Assembly (NCBI GenBank): GCA_030704615.1
Contig: CM060731.1
Span: 62,248,001-62,312,000, forward strand
Direction of reading: 5' to 3'
DNA length: 64,000 bases
From: Takakia lepidozioides
Lineage: Eukaryota; Plantae; Bryophyta
In this document: piece after piece, positions 13,317 to 27,810 of the stretch
How the letters are laid out: the number at the start of each line of letters is the position of its first letter
Numbering within the stretch: position 1 is the stretch's first letter
Notes under the pieces: generated by a model
Told to the model about the DNA's origin: nothing
Database searches by the model: none
What the model saw: the letters and a program-made list of their open reading frames with translations, nothing else
Program-made: the position numbers and the translations under genes

Positions 13317-16300
13317 CTACATCCAAGAGCCGCTTGGTAGTTGGGGACAATGTGGAGTGATGAATAACGGACTAGACAGTTGATCCCAAGGTGCCGCCGT
13401 CTTGATCAGATCGCAGAATGGGGGACCCTGCATAGAACTAAGAGATGCGGGAACTCTCTGACCTGGACCACATCTTGAGCTCATCAAATTATCATTATTA
13501 ACTTGAGATACGCCCATCCCCACCATACCGGTATTGTAATCAGAGAACGAGTAGTCTAGTTGTCCCCTTTGAGGGTGAGCCTGCCCAGTGTATTGTCTTC
13601 CCAGAAAATCCGCTTGAACAGGCGACTCCTGTAGCAAGCAACTCACAAGGTCCAGTGTGCTTCGGACAGATTGTGATTGATCTGTGGAGAAGAAAGAGTT
13701 GATCATTTGGTTCATGTCTGGCTGTTCCCCCGGGTTAACTGACCTAGGATAGCTGCCCTCGACCGTAGTTTGCATGCTTCCAGATAGAGAGCAGCTAGCA
13801 CTGGTGGTGTTGGAGTTGTCTGAGACAATGCATGCTCTCTCTTCTTGAGCTGGCCAAGCCCGTTTCATCTCTAGTATTTGTTCGAAGCCAGGGCCCGAAG
13901 CACAGTGTCTCTTTTCTGGTGAAAGAGGGAGTAGTGTGGGTGGAGGATGACTCCTCGTAGTACAGCTTGAGGGTACTGCAGGACTATTGATTGTCTGAAA
14001 TTGATGTAGCTCGGGCCAGTTCCTCATCTCCACAGGCTCATCTGAAGTATCACTTATACCCTCGCTGGTGTCAGCTTCCTCACCCGTGGTATTCGACATC
14101 TCTTTGCTTCCAGTAAGCGTGCAGAGCACAGAGTTCGGAGCTTGATGCTGGTAAGAAAGAATCTGGGGAGCCATGTGCGATTTGTTGCCAATATCACGAG
14201 GCAGTCCAGAGTTGTCGGAGGTGTTGTTAGGCCTTTGAGACACTTTGCTCTTCTTGAAAATTCTGCATACCGCCCAGCCATCCTGTTCAAATTTAACAAT
14301 CATCATGAATGTCAGTCAGAAACTATAGATATGTCCGTTTCCAAGACTCTAGATACTTAATCAGACATACGTGTGCCATGTATTTCTAAGCTCGTCTTGG
14401 ACGAAAAATACTTTTCTCAAGCCTTCCACCTGATCCCGGAGCTTTCAATACTAAATTTGTACATAATCTGGAGCTTTTAGATATCAGAAATTTGGAGGTC
14501 TGTGATCAACAATATACTAGACAGATAGTGAGCTAGTGGCGGTGTTGGATTCTCGGCATAATGCAGCTTATTACTTAGTGCTGCGGCGCCGAATAATTGG
14601 TGAGCTCATGTAAGCTCAACTGGTTTCATAAAATACATTCAAATTCACAGATCTACATGGAGTGACTGAGTCTATGGTGAACAAACCTGTTGGAGCTGAC
14701 CATCAAGAGAGGGCTCGCTGTTGTGCATGTTACTGAGAGTAGTTAAAGAGTCACCCGAGGTCGGCAACCGGAATTCATGCATCATCCAGTCCGTCTTAGT
14801 ACCCTTCGCTGCCCGCCCCTTGTAGAATACGAGGGACTTCTTCAGCCCTATGCACTTGCCCCCCTCACCTGCGTATATGGGACGGTCTGTCCCTGTTGCT
14901 TTCCAGAATCCTGCTCCAGTCACACGGTTTGGTCGTGCACTGTTGCGATACTTTCTATCTCTTGGACAAAAGAAGTACCACTCCTTCTCTCCTATGGTCG
15001 CCATTCCTGTCAATTCAGAAAAATAGGTATCATCAGCCACTGAGAACAGTCTGATTCTGCCTGTGTGAGCGCACTATATAGCTGGTAATGAACAATGTTC
15101 GTTTATTTTCTGTCCTGTGTATACTAAACACATCACATGTATCCTCCTAGCATCGACCGATGGTCTGTAGTTAGTGGCTTTTGCAATGCGGACATAATAT
15201 GTGTAATACACAAAAAAGTTGATCTAGCGCCACTGCCAACTTGACGTGATCAAATCTATAGAAGAAGTTTCCAGTCGTGCGGGCTTGTGCCCGCAGAGCT
15301 CCTCTCCGGGTAGCTCAACTGTCTGTCTTACGGAAGAACTAGTAATGTGTGTCCCGACTTAATATGGTTCAGATTGTGGTAGACTATATGGTGTAGACCA
15401 CATGGCAGGAGTGGTACAGCCATTATCTGAGCTGCAGACAGGAAAATCCTTCTCAAAGGACTTCGGAGATTTTGGAATATAGCTTCTTCTCTAGCTACTT
15501 ATGCAGCAGATTAACTCGACTCCAGATGAGATTCTAAACTTTGAGGTCTCCTAGATCATTTAGTGAACATTTGACTGACATCCATTCCTGTCAGAGTATA
15601 TGTCTCCGGAGAAGGACAAACGTGCAGATGTATTGATCAGATTCAGAAAACTTCGTTATCTATTTACTTCCAGGCTTATGTAATAAGGAAAGATTCAAGA
15701 AAATTATGTCCAGGGGAAGGCCAGAGGACTGCATTGAGAGAGAGAGAGAGAGTGAGAGAGAGAGGTTTACTGCGTCACAACTTACAAGTGTCCCAAGAAA
15801 CAGAGTAGAGTTCAGCTGGCGCACTTTCCACAAAACTTCTAGTACATATTCGAGAATCTTAAAATGTTGTCCTTATCCGGCTGTAGAGGGAGTGAGGGAG
15901 AGAGAGACAAGGACAATTAGTACTAATTGGAGCCTGGAGCCGGAGCACAGCTAAGTTTTAGATTTTAAATCAAACTTTGTTTGATGTCCACTGTTTCACA
16001 TCAAATTGTTTCCATGAAGCCCGTGCAATCACGTGTAGTAATTGCCAGGGCCGTCGTGCACACATTGACAATCAAATGTACTGCTTTGCACCTAATTATC
16101 CAGCAGCTCTACAATCCTTCTCTGAACCCCATTCTGTAGTCCAGAAGTGGGAAGAGATTGTTGAGGGTAAGAGACATACTTGGAAGATCCCAAGGGTTGA
16201 ATTTGTAGATGTCTAGCTGCGTAATCACTTCGACCGGCAGCGACTTTCTCTGCAGCTTTCTCCTCAAGTAATAGGCAACCAGTTCTTCATCCGTTGGATG

Positions 16301-16351
16301 GAACCGAAACCCTGGCAACATCATTGAGTCTTCACCTGCTGCTTGATCCAT
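13317..16351 (-). CDS. NAC-domain transcription factor, FEZ/ANAC009-like. Exons 16351-16180, 15006-14687, 14282-13317
   Basis: NAC subdomains: [100 protein letters not shown]. Canonical GT-AG introns in the usual three-exon NAC layout and a low-complexity C-terminus. Confidence 0.95.
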
Positions 16352-19300
16352 TGCCCCAGATTCTGATGGACGAAAGGTTTCTTTGTTCAAATATTGATCT
16401 CCAATGCAACCAATTTTGTTCTCTATTTGCTAGTAAACTGTGGCACCTTCAAGACTCATCACTGTAAATTTTGTACATAATATAGTTGATGTGGAACAGT
16501 TAAGTCGCTTGAGGCAAGCTTTGCACGCTGCTGGCCGAAGAAGGTTCCTATCGGTAAGCTGTACCAATAGAGTGAAGGTAGAGTGAAAGCAACCTGTGCT
16601 CGCATGACACATTAGTTCAGCAATGAGTCTCGCTCTTGTTCAAACCCTCAATACTTGTCCCGATGCCTGGTTTTACACACCTGATCGTCCTAGTCTTAGG
16701 CAGATCTCTCTCGTCTCCCTCCCTCATACACACCACACCTGGAGAAACGCACGCACACTCAATCTCTCTCTTTCTCTCTCTCTCTCTCTCCTGTGTGCTC
16801 CTTGCAAGGCCTGCGAGTAAGTCAGCTTTTGTGTTCCCAGTTTCTGCACAGAACCTGGCCCTGGTATAAAGTCCTGACTCAGGGAATGCAATCTACGCGG
16901 AACTGGATTAAAGTAAGAAGCTGCCAACCCTGCTTTTGTACCTGAGGGCACAGACAGAATCTTCTTACGGCTACAATCTAACTTACTATTTCTTCCACGG
17001 ACATGTGAGCCAATGTGACATCCGATGCGGCTTCAAATCTTTGGACGCTGTCACGCTGACGTGCCCCGCTCATCTCTCCCTCATCTCTCCCCACACCCAC
17101 TCAATCCTCATCGCCTTCTTCTCGCTTGCGGCCTCACACCCCTACCTCCTTCCTCTTCACACTCGCAACACCGGATGTTTGCATTTCTGCAACACACGGC
17201 GAGTACGCGGGGTTGAACCCGCGACTGCCACGAGAGCGCAACTGTAGATGCCGGCAGGAAAGAGAATATCCATCTGCCATAGGGCGGACAGACTTTGGCA
17301 GGCGTGAGGCCGCCATGTGGCGCTCACTCAACCCGTTTCTCAGGGGTCCCCACCAGTTGATCTTGACTGTACGCTGACCCTGCAATCCCTATGTGCATCC
17401 TAACTGGTAGCCCAACTTAGCCTCGCGCGCGTTGGATGATTCTCATCCATCCTTTTGTGGCGGACAGGCACATTCTGCGTGGAAATCTTGGAACAGCACT
17501 TGTCCGGGCAAATTTGGGTTACCCATTGGAATTCCGCGTGAAAAGTCCTGAAATTTCCTCACATCATAGGACATACTCACTGTTGGCAATTGTAGATTCC
17601 TTGGATTCAAAACAATGAGTTGTCCTTCCAGCTGAAAGATGGACACCTTCATGATACACCAGACCGTGATTTGAACCCACAACCACATCAAACCTGGTAT
17701 GTGCCCATTTCCGTTGGTGATTTGTTGTTGAGATGTTTACCGACGGTTAGATATTTGTTGTTTCTTTTAGGGCATTGTAAAGAATATTCAAATTTTTCCC
17801 TCGAAGGAAACCGGTGACCTTAAACCTGTGAATCTACACGCCAGGCTGGGCAGTGCGTTACAGAATCTTATAATCTACCCGCCAGGCTCGTCAGTGCGTT
17901 ACAGCATTCCCTCTACGTTCTTCACGCAAGGTAAGCCTCCTCTTGTCAGGGATTACCTACACTCGCCCCCCTCGCTCGTTACAGCATTCCCTCTAGCAAG
18001 GCAAGCCTCCTCTTGTCAGGGATTACCTACACTCGCCCCCTCGCGGCTCATTTCGGTAATCCCCTCCGCTCAGAGGCTTACCCTAGAGGCTTACCCTACA
18101 CGTATAGAACTACCCAAAATTCAAGGTCCCTCCTTGACGGGAATATGCCTCCAAATACTCCCGCTCAAATTGGAGGAACATTCTGAGCCATTCTTCACGT
18201 TGGGGAGCCTGCCCACGGGCATTCCACGATTCCTCGGGCTACCACGCTTGGCGGGCTACCACGCTTGGCAGGCAACCCTTAAGGCAACCCTTAAATCGTG
18301 AAATGCCCTGGGGGAGGGGCCTTCCCCTAGCTACACAAATACACCTAACACCATTCACTTTCCACTCTCTAACAAATGTAAATTAGAGGATAAATAACCT
18401 CCTACCCAAACATAAATGCCCATTAAAATAAAGAATATATATTTCATAGGTCCCACCCCTACAAGGGGAGTAGCCGAAAGGGGAAAGGTGAAGTGGCTCT
18501 TAGTTGCACCGGGCGTCTTCTCTCTCTAGGGCATGAAAGGGGTTTCCGATGTTGGAGGACAGGATCAATCCATTTGTTTGGTCGTGGTTGTGGGGTGTTC
18601 CTCGTGTTATGTTGTGGAACACAGATTTCAGTGCACATGAGGATTGAACAAACATTAATACAAGGATAATTTAAGTTTGTGGATCGTGCATTGTTGGAGG
18701 TGAAATCTCTTCTAAAGTCAGTGATAGCTGCTGCCATTCAAGAATTTCACTGCAGCTTCGAGCCTTCCAGTTGGAAATGTCTCTTAAATTGTAGCGGCAG
18801 CCGCAAGCTTGCATTTCCAAGCCAAAGCTCTCCTAACTTATTATTGGGATGCTTCTGTACTCACGCCAGTATTAGAAACTCTAGTCTCTACTGACCAAGA
18901 TAAGAACTATCATGGAACGCTGTAATACACCAAGGTGGACCAGTGCTCTTGGTAGTCAAACAGAATTTATATAGATTAGGCACATGTCATCCATGATTTC
19001 TCATGTTTAGGCGTTTATGCACCTTTCATCACTTCAAACTCTCTCCTTTCATCCGCTCCCTCTTCTTTCCAAAGACAAACCCTATGAGAAGTCATGTCCT
19101 TCACAACAGTGCTCTCTCTTTTGTAATGAAAATGGCGTTAAAGAGCACAGTACACGGTATGGACGCAGATGTGGAGATGGCTAACATTGGAGGATTGGAG
19201 ATATGGAGATGAGCTAATAGAGCAGCATTCTTTGAGCTTTTGAGTTTCAATTTTAGTGTGAGGCTATGAGAGCCAATTTTACAGAGGCTTTGTTTACAAC

Positions 19301-21474
19301 CACAAATTCTCAAGTGGAAGTGGAAGGGATTCCTAGTTGCTCGAAGATACCATACTTCTATCTTGATGTTGAGGTGGTGGAGAGCATGCCTTGGAAATTT
19401 GCACATCAAAAACTCAGATATACCTAACTTGAATGGTGATCAACAATTCAATGATGAACATCTGTAAGATGTTCAAGACTCATTGGAAGGTCTTATGGAG
19501 GTTGTATGGACCTAGGGAATTGGCTTTTTTTTAAATATTTATGGATATTTTTATTTTTATTTTACTTTCAATAAAAATTATATAGAGTTTAGAGAATTTT
19601 ATTTAATTAGGCACTTTCATGGTTTTTTTCCACCCTTATAGGCATAAATATTGGAAAATCACAAATTTGCTTAGGCATTTTTTTTAAATTTAATTTGTGC
19701 CTAATCTGCCGTTCCACTACGGTACAGTAAAAAGCTCGGCAAAGTTTGTCGTGGAGGAAAGGTTTTGGTGGAGTGTTGTTAGTTAGAGAGTCGACGGTCT
19801 CTCTCTTGTTGACATGCAGGTGCTGACGTCGTTAAAGCACATAACCGCAGAATCTATCACCTCAACAGTGGAGCTTGTCCCGCAGCAATTAGGCTCCAAT
19901 TTCATCTCAACAGGCCGGTTGCCATGGCCTTGAACCCAATATAGGCAGAGCACTGTGTGATCCATGCTGCACTCGCTTTGTGAGTTGCTCTCTCGGGGCA
20001 GATCTGCCGCGCTTTCTGACAACCCTCCGTCTGTCGCGCTTCCTGTCTTTACCACAATATCAGTATCTCAGAATAACACTGTTATTGTGGTATTATGTTT
20101 AGGACATACCATACTGGTCCCGGTACTAGACGTATCACAAGATTTTCATACTCTATATAATGGTGGATGTATGTTTTTCCAGATACTAATATGAGTATGA
20201 GTATAAAATGACCACAATACCAGCTGGTATGAGATATGAATTCTGGTGTCATTCCAAAGCCATCTTGAATTACAAGTTTATCAAACAGCAAGCACAAGTA
20301 CAATAAGTACAAATATAAGTACAAATATAAGTACAAGCATATTGGCATCGGTACACATACCCCACCAGAGTAAATGAGGAAGACAGGTGGGGAGTATTGG
20401 TATTGGTACTTGCACTTCCCTGGATGTAACTTCAACTCAGTATGGAAAAGTTGATACTAGCCTGGTCTCGTATATGACCAAGTATTCTCCCCAATGATAT
20501 CAGACCGGTCCGGAATCTAATACCTGTGCATCAGTCCTTCTCCAGTCCAACACTGTAACACTCCACCCTCTGTCGACGTTAATCATCCGCAAGAATCATC
20601 GACAAGCACTACGGACGGAAAAGTCGGAGACTAGTTTTATTAGGAGTAAGTGCCATGTCACCAATGCTCTTTGACCTAAAGGTAAAATATAAAAATAGTA
20701 CGTATAAGCTGAATCTATCATATAGATAGTAATAATAATATATGATGCCTCCTCCTGAAGGAAGCATAAATTATGGTGTCCTGACCGCGAAGGGCTACCG
20801 ATTTCCTAAGGGGATGGAATCTGTGAACTGAAATAAAAGGGTAGAAAAAATAACCCCCAGAAGGCGGTGGAAGCCCACAGAGGGGAAAGACACCCGGTAA
20901 CCCATTCCCCTCTGTAGGCTTCCAACAACATTCACGGAACCGTTATCTGTCATGAAAGACATTCATTCCATCACCAACCGAAATACGAAGCCATTTTCAG
21001 AACAAAATTGATAAGGATAAATGTTATATTGCAACTTCCACAAATGATATTTCGTTCGCACACATTGGTCAATGTCACTAGTGAATTTGCATTAATAGTA
21101 ACCTGAAGCTCTAGGTTTTTTTAATTTTAAAATTGTACTGGAATGCCGCCAATCCAATAAGCCTGAAGGTGAAAATGGAAATAAAAAGCTTGGAATTTAC
21201 TTTCTACTGAGTTTGTTCACTAATATCTTGGCCCTTGGATCTCACAAAGTTGGTTGAATATGGAGATGATATATTCCAAGGTTCTTGTTTGATTTATTAG
21301 ACTATACTTCATTGTTCATCCATGCTTGTTTAACCTTCCTTGCAATTCCGATGCCAATACGACGCAGCCACACAATATAACAGGAGTGTATGGATTTGAA
21401 CACAGTGTTTGTCCGGTTGCCAATCTTACTGCCACAGTATTTTGGTAGGATCCTCGTCTGGTGTCATTGGGTCA

Positions 21475-23705
21475 TGCCATACCTTTGAATTGCCTTATGA
21501 CTATCTTTGAAGGGCTTAATTTTTGTTAAAGGGTAGTATGTCCATTACAATACAAAACAAACTAAACCACCCACTAAATTTAATCAAGCAAATAGATTAA
21601 TTGAATTGATCCACCTAATTGTCGGTCAGTGTGTACCGGCCAAATTCGAGAATAATGAGAATAGAAGATTCTTCGTGTGTCGCGTAAATGTGAGTTATGC
21701 ATGGTTGAGATTTCGATGAACCACATTAGCAATTTAGCTCACATTGGATTTCACGGAAAATTTGTTTGATTATCCGGTAGCATGTAAATTGGTTTTCCAC
21801 AGCATATTGTACGTGGATGCAGGTAGGTAAATAAGCCATCATCATCGGCCAAGACAGTATTGCATTTAGTGCGCCATCTAATGTGGATGTCGTTGGAGGG
21901 GAACTGAACATAAAGAAGTGAAAATAATCGGTTATATGTATGTCATGTTTCGTAGAATCCAAGGGGTTTTCATGAAATAATCGTCCTCTTAATAAAGTTA
22001 ATTTGGGGGCACCGTTCCTGAAAAAGAAAAAGAAAATCGGTCCACATCAAAATTATAAATGTATAAATAGAAATCCTATAGACTCTATGGATTCCATGGT
22101 TGCCACTTGGACACATCTGAATAACGATGGCTTCTTTCACTTTGCAGGTTTTATATTTATTTTACATTTATTTTTATTGGCTCTCTTGCAGAGAGAGACT
22201 TTGCAACATGTTCAAGTCAATGGAGAAAATGTGGTCAAATTACCTTACACCATGTCAAGGCTCCGATTGGTCCGATTGTGCTCAGTCATGCCCCTTACTC
22301 TCACCTTCCTCTTATGTTTTGCCAAAGCAAGAGAGCCCATCGCCGCTCTAGGCTTGTTTTATTTTGGAGAAAGGGGAGGAAGCCCTTTTTTTTCTTTTTT
22401 TTCTTTTTTCTTTTTTTTTGAGAAAGGGGCAGAAGCCCGTTAAAATATTTTACAAGTGATAAGCCGGCAGATAACTTCAAGGTAACCATAAAGGTTTTTT
22501 TTTTTTTTTTTTCCCTCCCTTAAAAGAAGACTCTGGCCAAAGTCAAAGTGAACAGGTTGCCAAGCAAGTGTGAATTATGGTGTCACTTGACACCTTTATG
22601 ACATTCGATATATCTACATTCATTGATGAAGCGGTCTATGCCCATACCACTAGGCTAAGGGCGACCTTCCATGTGGGAGGAGCCCGGCTCGCTAAAAAAG
22701 GAGTTTACCGGGTGCTAAAAAAAAATGGTTGGGTCCACTCGAGCATTTCCAATGTCATGTGGAGATCCGCGGCAGAGTAATCATTTTAGACTTTAGAGTG
22801 ACGTGGTAAAGGTTACTGCAAGGTCAGGTACGAGTGACTTTAGGGCGACATGGCAGGCAAGTAGAGACTGTATTCAATTTGCGGAGCTAGGCAACCGGGC
22901 CGCCGGCCCATGCATGGAAGTGAGAAACGTACCCGGCCATTTTTGTCAGTTTCCTCCCTTAAAGGGGTGGGCCGGGTACATGGAAGGCTCCTCCAAATGC
23001 TGACCAAAGGATAACTATAAGAGCCACTTTGCCTGGCAGCTACTGCTACCTTTCAGGAATGGGCTACTTCATCGGGTAGAATAACCATGTAACCTGTAGG
23101 CGATAAAAATATTTTATCAAACGGAATTTGAAAAACAACCCAACCTAGATAACATCACAAACATCGTCTGGCTCATGCTGGTGTGGCAATTCCTGAGAAT
23201 ATTTCAGTAATTGACTTAAAGAAATTATCAAAACATAGCAATATTCTTTTAGTAGACTTGCTTTGACTTAGGAAGACATATATAGGTTTCTGTCCATATC
23301 TGAAAGTAACAAGTTCAAGTTAAAATAATTAATACACTATACTGTTAATAATAATTGCGACAAATTCCACTCCCACTACTGGTTGGCATGCAAGTGTATA
23401 ACTGCTAAAGGATCCCAGTTGTAAAACAAAATAGAACAACATGCACCATAATTCAAAGTTATCTATTTAGCATGCATGGAACATTCCACAAATTTTTACG
23501 AAGAGGATAAGATGGTGATGCATTTATCCATAATTATATATATATAGATTGGTGTGCGACATGGCATTAAAAACTTGCATATAAGTTGGTCGGTAAACCA
23601 TTTATTGTATTTTAAATATATGATAGATGAATTATATTCATATTTATTTGCCAAAAAAATAATATATTGTAGGATGTGTTTAGAGGTGAGAGTCATTGTA
23701 AACTT
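21475..23705. repeat. Dispersed composite repeat, copy 1 (block A ~21475-22470, block B ~23330-23705)
   Basis: Block A matches ~41490-42303 and block B matches ~43470-43817, at high identity and in the same order and orientation. Confidence 0.85.
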
Positions 23706-23999
23706 GAGAGAACTGACTACATTTGATGGAGTCGGCGCGAGCTTCGTGTTTTGCGGTGAGAGGAGAGTCCAACGGTCTCTTCGTCTCTCTCCCCCAGCCA
23801 GACTCAACGATCTATGGAGGTTTGAAATTCAAGAGTGAAGAAGGTTTGCATATTGGATGCCCGCTTCATACGGAAGTTTCTCTTTCTCTTTGTATTGATT
23901 TTTTTAACACACACGTCCCAATTTTCCTTATCAACTTTCATTCCTCACCTCCTCCTATCTTCATCCGATGCACGCTTTAACGCGCGAATATCTCATCAT

Positions 24000-26900
24000 C
24001 AATAGCAGGACAGCTCTCTCCGACTGGCAGCCGTCACCCTCACCCCTGTCAACTTCATGATATCCTAGCCCATCGTCTCAGCTTAGCTGCAACCTTCCCT
24101 CGCACTCTCACTAAGCCTACAAGCACACCTGAGCCCAATGCGGGTAGGGTATCAATTTGAAGGGTCTTCATCAGAGGGTCACGTAGGTCTGGCAGCCCAG
24201 AGGGACCCCCAGGCATACCACAACGCCAGCGATCGTCCACAGGCAGGGACCCAAAATGTATCAGCATCACCCCCAGCATGTTCCAACTCCTCCGCCCTCG
24301 TTAACGCGCTGACGCACTTACACATCCACAGACCTGCACACCGAACCCCCTAACAGACCCCCCCCCCCCAAAGCCCCCCAAGATCTTTCAGACCAAATGC
24401 TGGATCTACACACAACTCAAGAGGCCCTCCAAAGGGAATGCCTTCTAATCTTCATGGACGTGGAAGACCTTGACATCAGAGTCACCACCATGGAGGAATT
24501 TGGAATTTTGGTACACTTTCCAGGGAGGAAGGTGAACAGAGCATTTGTAAGATACTAGGCAATAAGATACCTGGGAGGCTCGGGGGAGCTGAAACAACAA
24601 TTCTGTCATGCAAAAGGTAGGGGATTCTTCTCCATTGTGTTTGAAACCCAAGAAGCAACATCACAGGCCATTTCCTTTAATCCGCATGTACAAGGGTTTA
24701 ATGTTAACATCTTTCCATGGTCCTGAAAAATGGGACATAGAAATGAAAACCTTTGGGGCCCTCGGATTGTTTCCCTGCCTTTCATTCCAGATCAATATCT
24801 CATGAACCTGCCCGACATCGCAAATCACTTTGGATCATACTTGGGTTGCATGGGGGTTTTGGACCCACTAATGAGCACCAACGTCATTATACAGAATGCA
24901 GCATGGAAATTGGCAACCATCGCATCTAGACTAAACAACACAGGGTATGCAAAGATGGTTCTACTAATGCCCGAGGAAGACACCCTTCCTGATTTTGTGC
25001 GTCTCCCCATAGACAAAGAAAGGAACTACTTCACCACGAGGTTAATCGAAGACACGGCTTACTCTGCTTGGTTCAATTGTGGCATGCACTTGGCCATATT
25101 AAGGCAAACTGTCCGCAGGGGGAAAAAAAAATGATATTAAGGGGAAGCAGGGTTGCGGTTTCCCAACCCACAGAAGCAGACTGCTCACCAGTTAGCCCTT
25201 CTCCCGGAATAGAGAGACCCATCCAAAAAGCCAGAACTGCTGAAGCTCACCCAGAGCTGGTGGAGGATGTCCAGCTCAGTCCACATCTCAGACAGATACT
25301 GGCCAGAGGATTTGAAGACCCAATGATTCTGGAAGCAGACAGCCACATTCTGACACAAGAAAATTGCACCACACCAATTGCAGGACCCAGCCCACTCCCT
25401 TTGGCAATTACAGCAGAGTTTTTAAACCTTATGTGGTCCAGGGAAAAATAGGTCAATTTGTAGTAACAGGCATCACACATAATCAAGTGTTGGCAAGAAT
25501 TTGCTTGGGACTATGTTCATTCCCCCGCTTGGCCCTGGAGGGCTGCTCACAAATCGACACAGACAGAGAACCCAAAGCCACATGCGTCACGCCGCTAATC
25601 TTCAGGAAAGGCAACCCTCCTTCTTTTCTCATCACTTCTGGGAATGCAGAATGCTTGGAGTCTCTTTGATGACACCTTCTGCAGACATCAGACACTTTAT
25701 CAAAAAGCAATCCGAACCTGATTATCAAGAAGAAAATCTATGACTTCTTTGCAAACCACCTGAAGCACTACTTCCTCTCTTGCCTAACCAATATTTCTTT
25801 GGGGGCCTATAAAGAGAACCACCCAGGCCTCACATCCAAACCCTCGACGAAAATTCTGGCTCTGATGGAGAGGCAGAGATTTACAATACCCCAGCCCCCG
25901 ATGGGGCCATGTGCAGGATCAACGAATCCATAATGTCAAGGGAGTAGGGAAGGAGCGGGCTGTAGTCATAGCTAGGATTCATTGAAGAATGCATTCCTGT
26001 TGCTTTCAGCGAGATTGGACAAGGATTTCGCAGAGGAAGAATATCATGAGGAGCTTTGGAGGACAAGAGACTTCATCAAGGGAGACAAAGTAACAACACC
26101 AACACCAGCCTCATCATCATCCCATGCATACATGCCAGAAGGATTGATAATACAGGAGCTCGACATCCAGCCAATGAAAGCAACTGCACCTCCAGCTCGT
26201 GCGCCAAGCCCACCGCAAGATCCAACCCCGATCCCAATTTCAGCACCTACTCCCTCCCAGAAACCCTCAGCATTAGGTACCCACCCGCCCTCTCCCTTAC
26301 TCCACTTTCATTTTCAGCCTTAGCCGCAGGTTCCAAAGAATGCTTGGTTGCTTTGGCAGAAGGACAAAAAATGCCAGGGGTAAAACAAAAAAGACAGACT
26401 ATCAGTAGTTCGTCTTCCAAACCAAAAGCTAACCTGATTTTTCAACATGCAACAAAGCCTCTTCTCCAACAAAACGTAGTATCCTTCGTTTCGCTGGATT
26501 GGTTTTCCCCCCTGCCCGACACAATTTGAGCTTGCCAAAGGCCAACACGCACAACCTTTGGCCTACCCCACACAGGTAGCCATGATCAAAATATCCAGGC
26601 TAACTAACAGCCTTCCTTCTTACCTAATCTGGGGAAAATCTCTTTTGCCCTGCGATAAAAGGGTAAAATTTTTCGTTGAAGGGCTATCAAATATGACCAT
26701 GGATCATAGCCCACCACCTCCTCATTATGATTATTAACATTAGAGGGATGGGGCAGGATCCATCATCCCTTAAAAGTGTGCGGTTAGCAATTTGGCTAGC
26801 TCCACTCTTAAACTAGGAAGTTATTATATTTATACAAGAACACAAGCAAGACCAAGCAAAAATAGATAACTTGACAGACCACCTTTGGCCAAAATCTTTG

Positions 26901-27800
26901 GCCCTTTGGGCTCCAACCTCCTCTGGAACCAGAGGTGGAACTACAATCCTCTTTTCTTCATCTATTCACCCTCTTCCAAAGTGAAAGAGATCTGCGTCCC
27001 CGGGAGAGTTCAGTACTGCACCTTAGCACTACCAAACAATGCAGGCACTCTGGGCCTCATAAATATCTATGCTCCCAATGACAGCCAAGAGCGATCGGAA
27101 CTTTGGGCTTTAATTGATGCCAAAATGTAGGAGCAAAGCTCTGTGGACCATTGGCTGGTAGCAGGGGACTTCAATATGGTGGAAACACCTGAAGACCGTA
27201 GGGGGGCAGCCACAATCAACACTGGTTTAGAGGATCTCCGGCGCTGTTTAAACCTTTCACAAAATCACAATCTGGTGGAAATTGTTACTGAATCAACAAT
27301 CAGCTCGCGTTCTCTCAAACCCCACTTTACATGGACCAATAACTGTGACCTGCCAAATCTCCAAATGGCTCACCTGGATAGATTCTATTCCTCTATCCAC
27401 ATTGTTTAGTGGTTGACTCATCTAGCCCAACAACCCATCCCCATGGGCTTTGACCATGCAGAGATAGCAGTGAGCATCAACATCCCTGTTGATCACAAAA
27501 GAGGGAAAGGTATATACAGGATGAATGCCTCCCGCCTTTCTCTTCCTAGTTTCAAAACGGGTCTGTAGGAAGCATGGACCTCGACGGGGACAGCCCTTTC
27601 AAATCCAATATTGGAGCGTTTTCAGGAAAAACTGAAAACCGTTTCAAATGCTAGTCAAGCCCTTAGCAAATCTATCTCTGAGGCCAGGAAGCAGAAAATT
27701 AAACTTACGAAATGCCTTAAGGTATGCCAAATAAGAATGGAGAGTCCACGATGTGACGAGGCGACACCTTCGACGGAAATAATATTCACTGGAATCTGAG
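24000..27800 (+). mobile_element. Decayed L1-clade LINE: ORF1 remnants and the APE endonuclease part of ORF2, truncated before RT
   Basis: Endonuclease motifs INIYAPND, WLVAGDFNMVE, FTWTN, LDRFY and a downstream DH at ~26730-27460. A degenerate CCHC knuckle (..FNCG..GHIKANCP) lies near 25070-25115. There are many stops and frameshifts, and the boundaries are approximate. Confidence 0.8.
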
Positions 27801-27810
27801 GCATATATAT

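Noticed and set aside
17776-18447. Possible solo LTR (TGTAAAG...TTTCA) with internal short tandem duplications
   Set aside because: No matching TSD and no second copy in the window.
22657-22995. Possible Harbinger MITE (CCTTCCATGT ... ACATGGAAGG)
   Set aside because: The inverted match is too short and has no clear TSD.
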